Origin: an uncultured archaeon
GTDB taxonomy: Archaea; Asgardarchaeota; Lokiarchaeia; Sigyniarchaeales; SOKP01
Reading direction: 5' to 3'
Assembly (NCBI GenBank): GCA_964447495.1
Contig: CAYUTF010000039.1
Span: forward strand, 1-27,794
DNA length: 27,794 nt
Shown: one piece after another, positions 1 to 9,842 of the stretch
Layout: the number at the start of each line of letters is the position of its first letter
How positions within the stretch are numbered: the first letter of the stretch is position 1
Position numbers and translations under genes: made by a program
Notes under the pieces: generated by a model
Seen by the model: the letters and a program-made list of their open reading frames with translations, nothing else
Databases searched by the model: none
Told to the model about the DNA's origin: nothing

Positions 1-2140
1 CAGTTCCTGTACCTTTATAGAATTTAAAGAAAAATTCATAAAAGTGAAGTCGAATTGTATTGATAAAAACTAATACCCCTTCTAATAGGATCACAACAAT
101 GTTTCCTATTACTAATCCTACTATTTTTACTATGTCAAAAAAGATTCCTTCACCCTGAATTAGCCCGGATAATGCCTGTATAGATATCATTAAAGCGATG
201 TGAGCAAGGGCTAATGCTAATAATCGAATGTATGAAGCCACATTACTTAAAATGGAAAGTGCGGTTTCAAATGTTTCTACTGTACCTTCTCCCATCAGAG
301 CACCATAAGATTCTTTTTTTAAATAAGATACTCCAAATATTTTGCCAAAAGGTTTTAGTATTATTAATAAAATGCCGGGTACTATTACCAACAAAATAGG
401 ATAGGGAAAAGATAACCAAACTGTAAGATTTATACTATATTGGAAAATTAAATATGTCCCGCCTGTTAATAAACAAATTTTCATAAATGAATTAGTAATA
501 GCTAAAAATTTCTTTGATTGTCTTACGTAATTGATAAGTTCAAGTGCCCACCCTAAATTAATGTGTACTACTCCGATGAAAAGAGCAAATTTAAATACGA
601 TTTGAATATTTTGAAGTGGATTATAAATATTAATTGGACCTAAGAATGGAATATAGAAAAAAATTGGTTGTAAAGGAATGCCAAAGAATTCTTCGTTACC
701 AAAAAATTCACCATAAAATAATCCCCCAAGAGCTGCACCTATTCCACAATAGAATACTATCCAGCTGAATTTACCAATATTTTTTTTTCTAAAAATGATA
801 CCTCCAATAATACCTGCTATCATTAAACAAAAACCATGACCAATATCTCCAAACATTAATCCAAAAATAAAAGGAAAAGTAAACGCTAAAAATGGTGTTG
901 GATCGATTTCAGAATAGGACGGTATACCATACATTTTGGTAATCAATTCAAAAGGTCTGATAAACCATGGATTTTTCATAATTGTAGGAGCCTTTGCTCT
1001 AAAATCTTGCTGTTTTATCTCTTCTTCAAATTCTTCTTTTGCTATTTTAGAATCTGCTTGTTTGATTTCCTTTAGAGCTTTATCTTTTTCAGATTTAGGT
1101 TCTACTTGTTCCAATCCTTTCATTTCATGAAACCTAGGGATATCGATTATATCTAAGATAATATTATCTTTAAAAGTTTTGAATAATAGTTGTTTTACAT
1201 CTTCTCTTTTCCATGAAGGTATGTAAAATTTAAATGTTAGTCGATCGGGAGAAATTTTTTCAAATTGTCGTTCTGCCCAGTGGTATTCTTCGATATTTTG
1301 CACAACTTCATTTATAGCAGCAAATTTGTATAAGTTTAAATTTCTTAATCTGCTTCTTTCATTCTGGTATTTTGATAAAGTAGTAGAAATTATATCAATT
1401 TCATCGTTTATTCGTGTAAAGTTAATTGCTTCTGGAGTTAAATACTTCTTTAAAATTTGGACTTCTTCAGCATGAATAAGATTTATTCTTTCTTTTAAAT
1501 CATCTTCCAAATTTGTTGGATAAAAAATACAAAAAGTAATACGATCTTCTACTTTATACACATTTGGAAATAATTCGTCAGTTTGGTGGACATTTGGAAA
1601 GCTTGTAAATTTAAAAAGAGCATTAAAATTTTCGATATTCTTTTTAAAAGTTGTAAATACTTTAAAAGTTATATTTTTTAATTCTGATAAACTTTCTCTC
1701 GTCAAATTAAATTGCTCTAAAAAGGTATAACTGGATTTAATTATCTGTATATTCTCTATTTCAATCTTTGCTTTTGCGATATATCTATCTAATTCATTAA
1801 TTCGATTTATATAAAAATTAATCTCCTCTAGTGATTTATTTACCAATTCAGGTAAATTGTTTGCTACAAATTCAACTTTCTCATCAGGTCCCACTTTCTT
1901 TAGTTCTTGGAAATCACTTTCAGTAATATTGAGTTTATTTAACAATGAATCTAAATTTTGACGTAAATTTTTAATTTTGCCAAAAAAGGGATCTTTTTCT
2001 TCTGGAGTTTTATCTGAACCTTTCTTATCTTTGGTTTTTATATGAACATTTTTCATATTTGAAAGTGTATTTAAAAGTTGATCCTTGTAATCATCACCTA
2101 TGCTAATTTCGAATAAACTCATTTGAACTTTTTTTGTCAT
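1..2140 (-). CDS. atpI: A/V-type ATPase subunit I (a), partial; last few C-terminal codons lie beyond the left edge
   Basis: Not in the ORF track; start and several segments translated by hand. ATG at 2140 with AGGAG upstream (MTKKVQMSLFEISIG...). Contains APTIMKNPWFIRPFELITKMYGIPSYSEIDPTPFLAFTFPFIFGLMFGDIGHG, VASYIRLLALALAH (essential Arg) and IRLHFYEFFFKFYKGTG at the window edge, in the same frame as the ATG. Confidence 0.96.
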   Translation of the reverse strand, partial: MTKKVQMSLFEISIGDDYKDQLLNTLSNMKNVHIKTKDKKGSDKTPEEKDPFFGKIKNLRQNLDSLLNKLNITESDFQELKKVGPDEKVEFVANNLPELVNKSLEEINFYINRINELDRYIAKAKIEIENIQIIKSSYTFLEQFNLTRESLSELKNITFKVFTTFKKNIENFNALFKFTSFPNVHQTDELFPNVYKVEDRITFCIFYPTNLEDDLKERINLIHAEEVQILKKYLTPEAINFTRINDEIDIISTTLSKYQNERSRLRNLNLYKFAAINEVVQNIEEYHWAERQFEKISPDRLTFKFYIPSWKREDVKQLLFKTFKDNIILDIIDIPRFHEMKGLEQVEPKSEKDKALKEIKQADSKIAKEEFEEEIKQQDFRAKAPTIMKNPWFIRPFELITKMYGIPSYSEIDPTPFLAFTFPFIFGLMFGDIGHGFCLMIAGIIGGIIFRKKNIGKFSWIVFYCGIGAALGGLFYGEFFGNEEFFGIPLQPIFFYIPFLGPINIYNPLQNIQIVFKFALFIGVVHINLGWALELINYVRQSKKFLAITNSFMKICLLTGGTYLIFQYSINLTVWLSFPYPILLVIVPGILLIILKPFGKIFGVSYLKKESYGALMGEGTVETFETALSILSNVASYIRLLALALAHIALMISIQALSGLIQGEGIFFDIVKIVGLVIGNIVVILLEGVLVFINTIRLHFYEFFFKFYKGTGT

Positions 2141-2161
2141 TTAAAAACTCTCCTAAAATGT

Positions 2162-2812
2162 TTAATTTCTCTTCTTTTCGATTAAATCTTTAGTTTTTTT
2201 TAATCTAACAAAATTTTCTCGATCCAATTCTTCTAAAATTCCTTTAATTTTTTTAATATCCAATGAGAGAGAAGGTATAATTTGATTTTTCAATCCCGTG
2301 ATTCTTCGGTTTAATTTTTTAAAATTAATCACTAATAATAAAAATAAATCTTCAAATTCTGCGAAACTAATCATTAACTGAAAATATTCTTCTAATAAAG
2401 GCATTAACTCATCAATGAAATGACTCGTATTTTCAAATGAATATGCAGGAAGCCTTCCTGTTCGATTTAAGTCATATTGTATCTCATGGAACGTAATCCC
2501 AATATTTTTAGCATATGTGATATTAACTGTCGGTCGATATTGGATTTTACTTAAACTACTAATTAAAACTAAATCCCTCTTTCCCATTTCTTTATAAGCC
2601 TCATTCAAATAAACTAAAACCTTTTTAAACATCTTCAAAAATTGCATTAGTTTATCTTGATAAACAATCCCATTAGATTTAATTAATGAATTTAATTGTT
2701 CACGTTTAAATTCTAAAAATCTTGCTCCTTTTTCAGCAATATCTAACTTTTTCTTTAAATTGATTAAATTTGTTTTTGTAGGTTTTATTTCTCTAAAACT
2801 TAAGATAAACAC
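2162..2812 (-). CDS. atpD: A/V-type ATPase subunit D (central stalk)
   Basis: N-terminal IKPTKTNLINLKKKL...GARFLEFKREQL and C-terminal KKLNRRITGLKNQIIP...LEELDRENFVRLKK, in operon context. The exact start is uncertain because the GTG lies inside an AGGTG SD-like sequence. Confidence 0.95.
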   Translation of the reverse strand: MFILSFREIKPTKTNLINLKKKLDIAEKGARFLEFKREQLNSLIKSNGIVYQDKLMQFLKMFKKVLVYLNEAYKEMGKRDLVLISSLSKIQYRPTVNITYAKNIGITFHEIQYDLNRTGRLPAYSFENTSHFIDELMPLLEEYFQLMISFAEFEDLFLLLVINFKKLNRRITGLKNQIIPSLSLDIKKIKGILEELDRENFVRLKKTKDLIEKKRN

Positions 2813-4201
2813 CTATTGGGTATAAAATTTTTCAATAAATTCTTGATGAATTCTAAATAATTGATTTTTTGATAAATTTGAAAGCACTTTCCATGCAATA
2901 GTAAATGTATCAATAAAAGTTCTGTTTTCATTAGTTCCTTGATCTAAAAATTTCCTTTCAAATTCGTCCCCAAAAGTTAATAATTCTTTTTGATCATCAT
3001 TTAAACCATCCTCTCCAACAACAGAGAGGATGTCTCGAACTTCAAGAGCGTCAGAGTAGGAAGCTAATAATTGAGAACTAAGGTCCGCATGGTCTTCTCT
3101 AGTAGTGTCCTTTCCAATCGAATCTTTCATTAATCTTGAAATTGATGCTAATACTTCGAATGGAGGGTAAATTCCTTTTTTATTTAAATCACGGTTTAAG
3201 ACTAACTGTCCTTCAGTTATATATCCAGTTGTATCAGGGATGGGATGGGAAATATCATCATTCGGCATAGTTAAAATAGGTAATTGAGTAATGGATCCAT
3301 TCTTTCCTTTTAGTTTGCCAGTTCGTTCATAAATAGATGCTAAGTCAGAATATAAATATCCGGGGTAACCTTTTCTGCTGGGAATTTCTTCTTTCACAGA
3401 ACTTAATTCTCTTAATGCTTCAGCATAATTAGTCATGTCAATTAGTACTACGAGTACATGCATTCCTTTTTCGAATGCAAAATATTCTGCTGTTGTTAAA
3501 GCTACACGGGGAATAATTAATCTTTCCATGATTGGATCAGAAGCGAAATTAATAAAAGAAATGATATTTTGAATATTTCCACTCTCTCTAAAAGTATTTA
3601 AAAAATTAATTGCCTCATCTTCTATAATTCCGATACCACAAAAAATTATTAAAAAGGGTTCCTCCGTTAAGACCTTAGCTTGAGTTACTATTTGAGCCGC
3701 CAATTTATTATGAGGTAATCCCTGGGCACTGAAAATAGGTAATTTTTGACCTCTAATTAGAGTAAAAAGACCATCTATTACTGAGACCCCCGTTTGAATG
3801 ACCTCTGATGGATATTCCCTAGCATAAGGATTAATTGGTGCTCCATAAATATCTAATTCATGATCACCAATCACTTCTGTTTTTGAAATTTCTTTTGTAA
3901 AAATATTAAATGGCTTTCCAAAGGAATTGAAGGTTCCTCCAAACATATCATTATCAGAAATTCTCACTTTAAAAGAATCTTCAGTAAAAAATATTCTTGA
4001 ATTCTCACGAGATAATCCTTTTGTATCTTCAAAAACTTCAATAACGATTATTTCTTTATCCATTTTTACAACTTGACCTGTTCTAGTGATGCCATCTTCA
4101 GATTGAATTTTCACTATTTCCCCATATTGTACGTTATGTTGATTTTCCAAAAAAATTAATGGTCCTATTATTTTTTGTATATTTCTATAAGTTACACTCA
4201 T
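2813..4201 (-). CDS. atpB: A/V-type ATPase subunit B (non-catalytic)
   Basis: [67 protein letters not shown] overlap with atpA. Confidence 0.98.
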   Translation of the reverse strand: MSVTYRNIQKIIGPLIFLENQHNVQYGEIVKIQSEDGITRTGQVVKMDKEIIVIEVFEDTKGLSRENSRIFFTEDSFKVRISDNDMFGGTFNSFGKPFNIFTKEISKTEVIGDHELDIYGAPINPYAREYPSEVIQTGVSVIDGLFTLIRGQKLPIFSAQGLPHNKLAAQIVTQAKVLTEEPFLIIFCGIGIIEDEAINFLNTFRESGNIQNIISFINFASDPIMERLIIPRVALTTAEYFAFEKGMHVLVVLIDMTNYAEALRELSSVKEEIPSRKGYPGYLYSDLASIYERTGKLKGKNGSITQLPILTMPNDDISHPIPDTTGYITEGQLVLNRDLNKKGIYPPFEVLASISRLMKDSIGKDTTREDHADLSSQLLASYSDALEVRDILSVVGEDGLNDDQKELLTFGDEFERKFLDQGTNENRTFIDTFTIAWKVLSNLSKNQLFRIHQEFIEKFYTQ

Positions 4202-6036
4202 TTCCTTTTGCGCCCACCATATATTAATTTTCTGGATTGAATCTCCCTAAGTAATTCCTTTTTTATCTTTTCTATTTTCTCAAATTGATCATTAGGGATG
4301 GTTTGACTAACTCTTCTAATATCGTCTATTACTTCAAGAGATTTAACGTCTTCGAGCATATATCCTTGAGTAAGCAAATCTAACCCTTGATGGTACAGTA
4401 GTAAAATTAATTTAATATGCCCCAACAATTTAGTAAAGCTGGTAAATTTATCAATATTATCAAAAGCGTTTTGTATAAGGAAGCTTTCTCTTATTAATTT
4501 CCCAATAAAAATTATGAATTGTTGATCATCAGGTAAATTTTCTTCACCAACTAATTGGATAATATTTTTTAGCTCATTTTCCTTTGAAAGAATAGAGTTA
4601 ATCTCAGCTCTGCATTGATACCAATCAAGGTCAATTTCAGGCCAGGCAATATCTCTTTCAACCCACCATTGGGAGACGTATTCTGTATAATTTGAATAAG
4701 AACTTAACCAATTTATTGCAGGATAATGTTTTGAATAGGCAAGATTTGCATCTAAAGCCCAAAATGCTTGCACAAATCGTTTTGTAGTGGCAGTTACTGG
4801 TTCACTAAAATCGCCAGCAGGTGGAGAGACTGAACCAACCACCGTTAATGACCCAAACCTTTTTTTTTCTGAGTCATTCGTTCCTAATATTTCTACTTTT
4901 CCCGCCCTTTCATAAAAACTTGAAAGTTTGGAGGGCAAGTACGCAGGATATCCTTCCTCAGCTGGCATTTCTTCTAATAATCCGGAAATTTCTCTTAATG
5001 ATTCCGCCCATCGCGATGTGCTATCCGCTAGCACTGCGATATCATAACCCATATCTCTATAATATTCAGCAATAGTGACTCCTGAAAAGATACTTGCTTC
5101 ACGTGCCGAAACGGGCATATTTGAAGTGTTAGCTATAAGTACTAATCTTTCTATTAGAGGACGCCCACTTTTAGGATCTATTAGTTTTGAAAACTCTTTT
5201 AACACATCAGCAATTTCATTCCCTCTTTCTCCACATCCAACAAAAATAATTATATCAGCATTACACCATTTTGCTAAAGATTGCTGAATCACGGTTTTAC
5301 CTGTTCCAAAACCACCTGGTACAGTCACAGTTCCTCCTTTAACTATAGGAAAAAGTAAATCAATTATCCTTATTCCAGTTATTAAAGGTTCCTCTGATAA
5401 AATTCTCTCTTTGTAAGGTCGACTTCTCGTTATTGGCCATTTTTGTATCATGTTTAATGAAACTTCGTTTCCATTTTTTCTCAGTCTATATATTTCTTCC
5501 TCAATTGTATAATCTCCCTCATCAACAATAAAGGATAATACTCCTGAATAATTTATTGGAACTAATATCCTATGTTCTATTAAAGAAGTTTCTTGAATTG
5601 TACCAATTATGTCTCCCGGTTCGACTTTATCTCCTTTCTTTTTTCGGGGAATTAAATGCCATTTAATAGTTCTAGAGAGTGAGGGTATATCGGTACCACG
5701 TTGTATAAAAGAACTTTCAATCTTTTTATAAATTAAATTCAAAGGTCTTTGAATCCCATCAAACACACTTGTTAGAAGTCCCGGTGCTAATTCCATTGAT
5801 AAGGGCTCATTGAGACTAATAACTTCCTGATTTAATTTTAAGTTATTAGTATTTTCATAACATTGAACAATTACATGATTACTGTAAATTTGAATGACTT
5901 CCCCTAAAATATTCTGTTCTGAGACTTTAATTAAATCATGTAATTTGATTTGGTCTTCTAGACCTTCTATAATAATTAATGATCCATTTATCGCTGTTAT
6001 GATGCCTTTTTGAAAGGAATCATCCGATTTGTTCAT
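4198..6036 (-). CDS. atpA: A/V-type ATPase subunit A (catalytic), no intein
   Basis: Walker [67 protein letters not shown]. Confidence 0.98.
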   Translation of the reverse strand: MNKSDDSFQKGIITAINGSLIIIEGLEDQIKLHDLIKVSEQNILGEVIQIYSNHVIVQCYENTNNLKLNQEVISLNEPLSMELAPGLLTSVFDGIQRPLNLIYKKIESSFIQRGTDIPSLSRTIKWHLIPRKKKGDKVEPGDIIGTIQETSLIEHRILVPINYSGVLSFIVDEGDYTIEEEIYRLRKNGNEVSLNMIQKWPITRSRPYKERILSEEPLITGIRIIDLLFPIVKGGTVTVPGGFGTGKTVIQQSLAKWCNADIIIFVGCGERGNEIADVLKEFSKLIDPKSGRPLIERLVLIANTSNMPVSAREASIFSGVTIAEYYRDMGYDIAVLADSTSRWAESLREISGLLEEMPAEEGYPAYLPSKLSSFYERAGKVEILGTNDSEKKRFGSLTVVGSVSPPAGDFSEPVTATTKRFVQAFWALDANLAYSKHYPAINWLSSYSNYTEYVSQWWVERDIAWPEIDLDWYQCRAEINSILSKENELKNIIQLVGEENLPDDQQFIIFIGKLIRESFLIQNAFDNIDKFTSFTKLLGHIKLILLLYHQGLDLLTQGYMLEDVKSLEVIDDIRRVSQTIPNDQFEKIEKIKKELLREIQSRKLIYGGRKRK

Positions 6037-6745
6037 ATTCTTTTAAATACTCCTTCATTTCTTGTTTTTTATTTTTAATAAATTTTTCAAACTCTTGCTG
6101 TAATTTTTCTGTTTCAGTCTCAGAAAAAATTTTTGCGATTTGTTCTTCAATAATGATCATATTTTTGGCTAATAGGTTATCTATAGAATAATTATAGCTA
6201 ATTTTATCATCTTCTATGATTGCTTTAAATCCACCAATAAATTCTTCTTCGGAAGAGAGAATCTCCACTTCATTTTTGAAAATTTCTTTAATTGTAGAGG
6301 AATTTTTGGCCATTGTTCTAAAATCTCTTTGATTCAATAATAGAATTACTTTTGGAGGTTTATCAATAAATTGTGTAGAACTTCTAATACTCTCGATTAA
6401 AAATTTTAAGTAATTTGAATAATTCTTTGAAATATTCTCTCTTAAATGGTTTAAGAATTCACTCTTTAAATCTTCAAGTACTTTATTTTTTAAATTTAAA
6501 ATAGATTGTTTAGCCTGAATTAAATTTGATGCTAACGATTTGTTTAAGAAATTATTGTAAGCTTCTCCAAATTGAGTTTTGATTCTAATTGAATTATCAT
6601 TGACTTTTTTTAAATAACTCTTTTTCAATTCTGCTTTTTGATAAAGCATTTGTTGGTTTAAATCTTTTATCTCTTCTTTTGCTTTGTTTATTAAATACAA
6701 TCCTAATCTGCCAAATTGTTCTTTAATATCTTTTTCATCAGAAAT
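6020..6745 (-). CDS. atpE: A/V-type ATPase subunit E (peripheral stalk); probable ATT start at 6745 (track start is TTG 6700)
   Basis: Coiled-coil N-terminus and C-terminal FIGGFKA...YNYSIDNLL. The frame is open upstream to TAG at 6752-6754 (ISDEKDIKEQFGRLGLYLINKAKEEI). GGGTGG SD at 6755-6760 lies 9 nt before ATT 6745. Confidence 0.88.
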   Translation of the reverse strand: MSDEKDIKEQFGRLGLYLINKAKEEIKDLNQQMLYQKAELKKSYLKKVNDNSIRIKTQFGEAYNNFLNKSLASNLIQAKQSILNLKNKVLEDLKSEFLNHLRENISKNYSNYLKFLIESIRSSTQFIDKPPKVILLLNQRDFRTMAKNSSTIKEIFKNEVEILSSEEEFIGGFKAIIEDDKISYNYSIDNLLAKNMIIIEEQIAKIFSETETEKLQQEFEKFIKNKKQEMKEYLKEYEQIG

Positions 6746-6759
6746 GTTAATCTACCACC

Positions 6760-7080
6760 CTATTCTATAATTTTTCTAAGGGACTTAAAAATTTCTTTAA
6801 CAAAAACGGTTTTATCTTCTTGTTTTGATGTAAAAATATTCGGGAGGAAAAAAACAAAAGGTTTCTTGTCGCTTAATTTGTGTTCTATTAGATTTTGAAT
6901 ATCAACATCTAACAAATCCATAGCTATAATTATCATCCCTATTGAAGTATCTTTCTTTAATCTATCGAATTCATTTAAAAATTCTTCTGGTTTATTAAGA
7001 ATTGTTCCATCGATCCCCAATAAACCCATCATCAAAATGATTTCCTCTTCACCAATTGCATAAATTTTTTGTTCAGGCAC
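6760..7080 (-). CDS. atpF: A/V-type ATPase subunit F
   Basis: KIYAIGEEEIILMMGLLGIDG, IGMIII, PFVFFLP; 106 aa; operon context. Confidence 0.92.
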   Translation of the reverse strand: MPEQKIYAIGEEEIILMMGLLGIDGTILNKPEEFLNEFDRLKKDTSIGMIIIAMDLLDVDIQNLIEHKLSDKKPFVFFLPNIFTSKQEDKTVFVKEIFKSLRKIIE

Positions 7081-7390
7081 TAAAATCTAATCCTAATTTT
7101 CTAATAATATCGTTAATTATTTTTAACCTATTTTTATTATAATCTTGTTCCCATTTTTCTAAAATCCTTGTTAAATTCTCCTTGAATTGCATAATTTCCT
7201 TATCTGCATCATTACTAACGGAATTTAAAGCTTTTTTAACCAATTTTTGTTTATGTTGCAACGATTCTTCGATTAATTTTTCATTTTCGACTTTTAATTC
7301 TTCAATTTCGTTTAAATTCTGATTCTTAGCCTCTTCTAATAATTCTTCATAGATTTTTTCTAGTTCTTTAGCCCAATCAAATATTTTCAT
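7073..7390 (-). CDS. atpH: Probable A/V-type ATPase subunit H/G (peripheral stalk coiled coil)
   Basis: 105 aa E/K-rich all-helical protein overlapping both neighbours; it is the only subunit otherwise unaccounted for. Confidence 0.75.
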   Translation of the reverse strand: MKIFDWAKELEKIYEELLEEAKNQNLNEIEELKVENEKLIEESLQHKQKLVKKALNSVSNDADKEIMQFKENLTRILEKWEQDYNKNRLKIINDIIRKLGLDFSA

Positions 7391-8420
7391 AATTATCTTT
7401 TAATTCCTCATATTTTTCATTAATAATTCTAATCACATTAGGCATTATATTAAATTTAATTTCTTTTTCTTTTTTTATTATCAATTCTAATATTCTGTAG
7501 ATTGTTAAATACTCAAAATCATCAGTTTTTAATTGAAATTTCTTAAAATAATAATTTTGATAAATTCCCTCAAAAGACCATCTTAAATGTCTTTTGTTTA
7601 TTGTAATTGGTATAAATGCTTCTTTTAATTCTCTTGAGGATTTTAAGAACCTTTCTAAATTAGTACTGAAATCTTCAATATTATCTATGTTTAATAAAAT
7701 CTGTATTTTATATTGATCCAAAAATAAATACTCATTAACTAAAAGTTGAGATGTTAGAGTTTTATCAAACTTGTTATAAATCGCACGGGATAACATTCTT
7801 AAGTTGTATACTTCAATTGAATAATCAATAAATAATGCTATCATATCTCTTTCTTTTCTATCATATAATGGTTTTGTTAATATTAGATTTTCGTAATATA
7901 ATTTATCTAAAAACGCCTCTAATACAAAAATTTCATTTGTATTTTTAAAGTAAAGGACGCCCTCTCGAATTGCCTTGTTATATCTAGTTTTCTTCATATA
8001 TAGTTGGATTTCATCCAAATTCGAGATTTCTAATAAATCTTGAATAAAGTTAGAATGCTCTAAATATTCTTCTACTAAAAAATTAATTCTTTTGGACTTT
8101 TCTGCCTTAGTCATGCCTACTATAGACCCAAGAATTATTTGTTTAATGTTAGAGATTTCATACTTTAATAGAATGGATCTTAAAAAAAGCCTCATATTCT
8201 CTGGAGAAAAATACATTATCTTACCAATTAATTTAATTAGTACATGAAACAGAGCTTGTTCGATTTCTGCTATAGTATAATCTGAAACTTTAATTTCTGG
8301 ATAATATGGAAGTATATATTCAATAAAATCAACAATAGTGTTGAAAGTTTTTAATTTTGGTAAGAATTCTTCTTCGATAATTAATCTCTTTAAATACTCT
8401 ATCTTTATATAAGTATACAC
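7377..8420 (-). CDS. atpC: A/V-type ATPase subunit C (d/AC39 family)
   Basis: 347 aa with KYEISNIKQII, LEAFLDKLYY and IEVYNLRMLSR repeats typical of subunit C. The start may lie a few codons upstream (frame open to TGA 8448-8450). Confidence 0.88.
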   Translation of the reverse strand: MYTYIKIEYLKRLIIEEEFLPKLKTFNTIVDFIEYILPYYPEIKVSDYTIAEIEQALFHVLIKLIGKIMYFSPENMRLFLRSILLKYEISNIKQIILGSIVGMTKAEKSKRINFLVEEYLEHSNFIQDLLEISNLDEIQLYMKKTRYNKAIREGVLYFKNTNEIFVLEAFLDKLYYENLILTKPLYDRKERDMIALFIDYSIEVYNLRMLSRAIYNKFDKTLTSQLLVNEYLFLDQYKIQILLNIDNIEDFSTNLERFLKSSRELKEAFIPITINKRHLRWSFEGIYQNYYFKKFQLKTDDFEYLTIYRILELIIKKEKEIKFNIMPNVIRIINEKYEELKDNYENI

Positions 8421-8507
8421 ATAAGAGGGAATTACTATACTCGTAAATCAACACCAATGTATGAATTTTATATGATTCTAACTCAAATTGTAAATGAATT
8501 CGATAGA

Positions 8508-8876
8508 TTATGCTACTGGGGGGGAAGGAATTTTAGTCCACAAGAGAATACCAACAATTAAACCGTAAACTGCTAACGCTTCCGCTAATGCAACCACTAA
8601 GAACGCTTTAAAGAATGTTTCTTCCCTCTCAGCAAGAGAAGAGATTGCTGCCGTCCCTACTGTTTTTATTGCCAATGCACTTCCTAACACTGAAGCACCA
8701 ACAGAAACTGCGGCGGATATAGCTAAGGCAGCTGAAGTACCAGAATTATAATAATCTAATGTAGTAGCTTGCGCTGCCACAAATGATACTAAACCATTCA
8801 CAGAGAAAAATACGGTAAAGACTAAGATTAGTTGAAAAAATCCAAGTAATATATAAAATTTCTTTTTTCCATTCAT
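8508..8876 (-). CDS. atpK: A/V-type ATPase proteolipid subunit K (c): single hairpin plus N-terminal hydrophobic/signal segment
   Basis: GASVLGSALAIKTVGTAAISSLAERE and FLVVALAEALAVYGL with the ion-binding Glu. Confidence 0.95.
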   Translation of the reverse strand: MNGKKKFYILLGFFQLILVFTVFFSVNGLVSFVAAQATTLDYYNSGTSAALAISAAVSVGASVLGSALAIKTVGTAAISSLAEREETFFKAFLVVALAEALAVYGLIVGILLWTKIPSPPVA

Positions 8877-8908
8877 TTTTACAACATTATGAAATATTTT
8901 AATTGAAT

Positions 8909-8926
8909 TAAATAAGAAAATATCTA
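8909..8926 (-). promoter_or_regulatory. Candidate archaeal promoter of the ATPase operon (CTTATTTA TATA-like box)
   Basis: Minus strand reads TAGA-TATTT-T-CTTATTTA, 33-50 nt upstream of the atpK ATG. The same CTTATTTA box precedes USP1 and glgP. Confidence 0.45.
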
Positions 8927-8967
8927 TAATTATGTAAAAAGTTTGCTTTATTTTTTTATAAGCACTA

Positions 8968-9615
8968 TTAAGAATATATTAATACTCTGATTTGATCTGT
9001 TAGGTCGTGGATTCTATCTGCTAAATTTTCTAATAAAACGATACTATCACGGATTCTAAGAATCATTCTTATATCAAAGTCGTTATTGGAGTATAGATAT
9101 TCAAGAAATTGCCGATAAATCATATCTATTTCGTTTTCTATTTCATGAATCTCAGTAGTATTTTCAAATACTGCTTTAGGATTATCTCTTAGATTTTTTA
9201 TAGTTTTTTTTAGGACATCTGCCATTTCTAATATTTTATTTATTAATTTAATATATCTTTCTTGAATATCTTTAAATGATTTCCCTTCTAATTTTATATT
9301 AGGGAGCATATCCACAAATTCTAAAGGATAATTGATAACGTTATCCATTCTTAGAATTAAAGCCATGTAATTACCTAGTCCTTGAGCTCCAGCTTCTGCG
9401 AAATTTTGAATCAATTTTATCTTAATTTCATCAGCTTCCTCTTCAGATAATTGCATTTTATTTTTCTTTTTTTCTAGACTCTTTTTATTAGATTCATAGT
9501 CTTCTGACCATCCAGTATAATATACTCCCATATCGCTAATTACAGAATAAATAATCCTGGAGTGATCGATAAGCATGGTAATTATTTCTTCTTTAATTTT
9601 TCTATTCGTTGACAT
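8968..9615 (-). CDS. DUF47 / PhoU-like putative phosphate-transport regulator
   Basis: Two helical repeats: SEEEADEIK...LILRMDNVIN and IHEIENEIDMIYR...LENLADRIHD. ATG 9615 is preferred over the track's GTG 9627. Confidence 0.85.
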   Translation of the reverse strand: MSTNRKIKEEIITMLIDHSRIIYSVISDMGVYYTGWSEDYESNKKSLEKKKNKMQLSEEEADEIKIKLIQNFAEAGAQGLGNYMALILRMDNVINYPLEFVDMLPNIKLEGKSFKDIQERYIKLINKILEMADVLKKTIKNLRDNPKAVFENTTEIHEIENEIDMIYRQFLEYLYSNNDFDIRMILRIRDSIVLLENLADRIHDLTDQIRVLIYS

Positions 9616-9842
9616 TTTAAGTTTCACTAAATTTTAAATATGCTATGAATATTATATGATTAAAAAAATAAAAATCATCAGTTTTCAAATTATCTTTTGC
9701 TAAAAAATTAATGAAAAAGCAAGTAAATTTTGAGATTTAAACTTATTAAAGATGGTAAATTCTAATTTTATGAAGCATTTAAGATTATAAAGATTATCTT
9801 CTCTGTTTATAAGATTTTAATTAAAGGTGTAATTTGTAGATA

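Noticed and set aside
214-1130. Plus-strand ORFs 214-399 and 936-1130
   Set aside because: Antisense shadows of atpI, which carries clear family motifs.
4821-5287. Plus-strand ORFs 4821-5075 and 5075-5287
   Set aside because: Antisense to the conserved core of atpA.
4198-6036. Intein in atpA (a common insertion site)
   Set aside because: Length is normal (612 aa) and the sequence is continuous through GKT and GCGER.
6716-6898. Plus-strand 60-aa ORF
   Set aside because: Antisense to atpF/atpE with no recognisable motif.
9781-9818. AAGATTAT direct repeats and AAGATTATCTT dyad upstream of the VIT1-like gene
   Set aside because: Short and AT-rich, so not distinguishable from chance without comparative data.
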